64,000 nt of DNA, taken from positions 720 to 64,719 of the IMG/VR virus record IMGVR_UViG_3300020120_000046; one strand, 5' to 3'. The position numbers and the translations under genes were made by a program. Position 1 is the stretch's first letter. Each line of letters begins with the position of its first letter. The notes below the pieces were generated by a model, which saw only the letters and a program-made list of their open reading frames with translations, was not told the origin of the DNA and made no database searches. This document shows positions 62,133-64,000 of the stretch, in pieces. Source of the stretch: a virus. Taxonomy: Duplodnaviria; Caudoviricetes.

Positions 62133-62771
62133 GCGAGTATTAAGTGCCGGAACGGCGGAACGGTCCACGTCCACGGAAGCGTCCAGGAAGTCAAGGACTG
62201 CTACGCGGGCCGTAAGGCGAGCGCTCCGGCTCCGGCCTCCGGCCTCCGGACCTTCCGTGAGAACCGCTACGCGGGACCCTGCGCGGTCTGCGGCGCGAGC
62301 GTCCCGGCCGGGACCGGCCGGATTATGCCGAAGGACGGCCGGCAGTCCGGCTATGACGTCCTCCACCTCGTGGGCGAGTGCCCGGCTCCCGTCGCGACGG
62401 AGCGCGACCGGAACGAGTACAACCGGAAGGCGCGCGACCTTAGCCCTAGGCGCGACTACTCAGCCGTCACCGGAGGCTACTACGCGACCGTTAGCGCGTC
62501 CGGGAACAACGACTATGACTTCTGGTACGTCAAGGAAGGCCGGAAGCCCGGCTACCGTTTCGTGAAGCGCTACCTCGGAGGCTGCGGCCCTATCCGGATC
62601 TCTGGCGGCGAGGCTATCCGCGCTCTTGAGGCGATCCTCGCGGAAGGCGTGGAGAAGTGCGGAATCCGGTTCGCGGACGAGCACTGCCGCTGCTGGAAGT
62701 GCGGCCTCCCGCTAACCGATGAGCTTAGCCGCTCGCGCCGGCAGGGTCCGGTCTGCTGGGCCAAGAACTAA
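62130..62771 (+). CDS. DUF6011-domain zinc-binding protein
   Basis: C..H.H.SV.EV..CY; CAVC; C-terminal CWKCGLPLTD..S..R..GPVC. Confidence 0.75.
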   Translation: MASIKCRNGGTVHVHGSVQEVKDCYAGRKASAPAPASGLRTFRENRYAGPCAVCGASVPAGTGRIMPKDGRQSGYDVLHLVGECPAPVATERDRNEYNRKARDLSPRRDYSAVTGGYYATVSASGNNDYDFWYVKEGRKPGYRFVKRYLGGCGPIRISGGEAIRALEAILAEGVEKCGIRFADEHCRCWKCGLPLTDELSRSRRQGPVCWAKN

Positions 62772-62918
62772 GAACGGTCCTAGACGGCCCGGAGCGAGAG
62801 CCTAGCGGCTCCCTCCGGGCCGTCTCGCGTATCCGGACCTCAACCCGGCTCCGGGCTTCCTAGGCCGTCCTAGGCGCGGTATAATTGTGGTAGGCGAACG
62901 AACGGCGAGGCGAGGACA

Positions 62919-63083
62919 ATGACGGACGAGGAACGGCGAGCCCGGAGGCTCGCGACTCACCAGAAGTACAACGCGAGCCTGCTAGGCAAGGCGCGGTACG
63001 CGCGCTATGAGGCGAAGCACCCGGAGCGCGCGGAGGTCCGCTGGGAGCCCGCGCGGAACGCGAAGAGGAGTGACCAGGTATGA
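62919..63083 (+). CDS. small basic protein (54 aa)
   Basis: GG-TATAAT 62880-62885 and TAGGCGAACGAACGGCGAGGCGAGG leader. Confidence 0.6.
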   Translation: MTDEERRARRLATHQKYNASLLGKARYARYEAKHPERAEVRWEPARNAKRSDQV

Positions 63084-63307
63084 GCACGCCGGACCCGGCT
63101 CTGATAGCCGCTTACGATCAGGCAAAAGCTCACGGAGACGAATTCCTGGCTCGTCTGCGAGCGGTGATCAAAGAGAACACGGCCGGTGAGTCTCCGGCTT
63201 CAGCCGCAGCAATCATCAGCATGACCCTGGAAATGTTCCCGGAGCTTACCTTGCGGACCCTACTCCAGGCGGCACTCGTTAAACTGGAGGAATGTGATGG
63301 CGATTAA
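63080..63307 (+). CDS. hypothetical protein
   Basis: ATGA overlap. Confidence 0.6.
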   Translation: MSTPDPALIAAYDQAKAHGDEFLARLRAVIKENTAGESPASAAAIISMTLEMFPELTLRTLLQAALVKLEECDGD

Positions 63308-63611
63308 CCTAGGCTGTCTTCACTCGAAGTTCGCCTACAACCACTGCGGCGAGATGGACTGCCGGAACTACGTCAATAAGTGCCCGGTCCATTCGCTTAC
63401 CTCTACCGCAGGAGCGGTCTGTAACCTGACGCGGGCCTCCGTCCTCTCCGGCCTCTCGGACGAGGCGCGGGAGACTATCGACCGGGCCATCAGCCTAAGC
63501 CCGGCTCTGGAGGAGACGATCCTGCTCATAGTAGAGCTTGTCTTCCGGGACGGCGAGGAAGCCTGTCCTTACGGCTGTATGCCGATGGACCATCACCCTG
63601 ATAACCCATAG
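63294..63611 (+). CDS. Cys/His-rich hypothetical protein
   Basis: GGAGGA RBS; multiple C/H. Confidence 0.6.
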   Translation: MMAINLGCLHSKFAYNHCGEMDCRNYVNKCPVHSLTSTAGAVCNLTRASVLSGLSDEARETIDRAISLSPALEETILLIVELVFRDGEEACPYGCMPMDHHPDNP

Positions 63612-63660
63612 GGTAAGATAGCTCTAGCACAAGGAAGGCAAGCGCGGAAGAGGCGGGATT

Positions 63661-63888
63661 ATGACGACAAGAATGGCAAAGCTAGTTGCCTGGTATCACG
63701 TAAACAAAGACCGCTGTAGGGTCGATACCCTCAAGGGCACTCAATGCGTCAATAGCGCAAGCTTTGTCGCGACCACGAGCCAGAACGGCAGCACCGAGGA
63801 GACTCCGGCCTGTAAGCCACACGCCGACATTCTCCGGCTGAACGGATGGCGGGTCCGGCAGGTCCGGACCCGGAGGATAACACTCTAA
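63661..63888 (+). CDS. hypothetical protein
   Basis: GGG-TAAGAT at 63614; C...C...CKPH. Confidence 0.55.
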   Translation: MTTRMAKLVAWYHVNKDRCRVDTLKGTQCVNSASFVATTSQNGSTEETPACKPHADILRLNGWRVRQVRTRRITL

Positions 63889-63901
63889 GAAGGCGAGAAC
63901 A

Positions 63902-64000
63902 ATGCAACAAGATCACCGGCTGCTTAAGGGAGGCCCGACCAAGGGGCAGAAGGGAGGCCCGCATTCCCTGGATCCGGTCAAGGCGCTGATCGCCCAGACC
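63902..64000 (+). CDS. 3'-truncated ORF
   Basis: AAGGCGAGAACA-ATG; open to the window end. Confidence 0.45.
   Translation, partial: MQQDHRLLKGGPTKGQKGGPHSLDPVKALIAQT

Noticed and set aside
1-64000. Integrase, repressor cassette or transposon
   Set aside because: No tyrosine or serine recombinase or transposase motifs seen; lifestyle cannot be settled because part of the genome lies outside the window.

Overview
This window is most of the genome of a high-GC, actinobacterial-type siphovirus. No integrase, tRNA or CRISPR array is visible. 1-17.5 kb (+): replication, recombination and nucleotide genes, namely an SNF2 helicase, Cas4/RecB-like exonuclease, Sak4-like ATPase, SSB-like protein, FAD oxidoreductase, HAD phosphatase, ThyX, an Nmad1/DUF1599-like protein, and a DnaE split into a PHP gene and a catalytic gene with four ORFs between them. 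17.5-43.3 kb (-): a complete late module with HNH, TerS, four inserted genes, TerL, portal, MuF-like protein, a head-fibre-like module, scaffold, major capsid, neck, major tail, frameshifted chaperone, tape measure with SLT domain, tail proteins, holin and amidase endolysin. 43.4-64 kb (mostly +): a structured non-coding leader, a palindromic origin-like locus next to a primase-helicase, RuvC, an array of early genes each driven by a repeated promoter/leader cassette, and an actinomycete-plasmid-like transfer module (DUF2637-like membrane protein fused to an Lsr2-type domain, FtsK/TraB-like ATPase, small membrane proteins, upstream direct repeats). Main oddities: the TraB-like module, the intein-less split DnaE, a probable DNA or virion modification cluster, in-frame stops in the endolysin and scaffold genes, the repeated promoter cassettes and a twice-occurring candidate RNA motif. 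All family assignments come from motif recognition by eye, not database searches.
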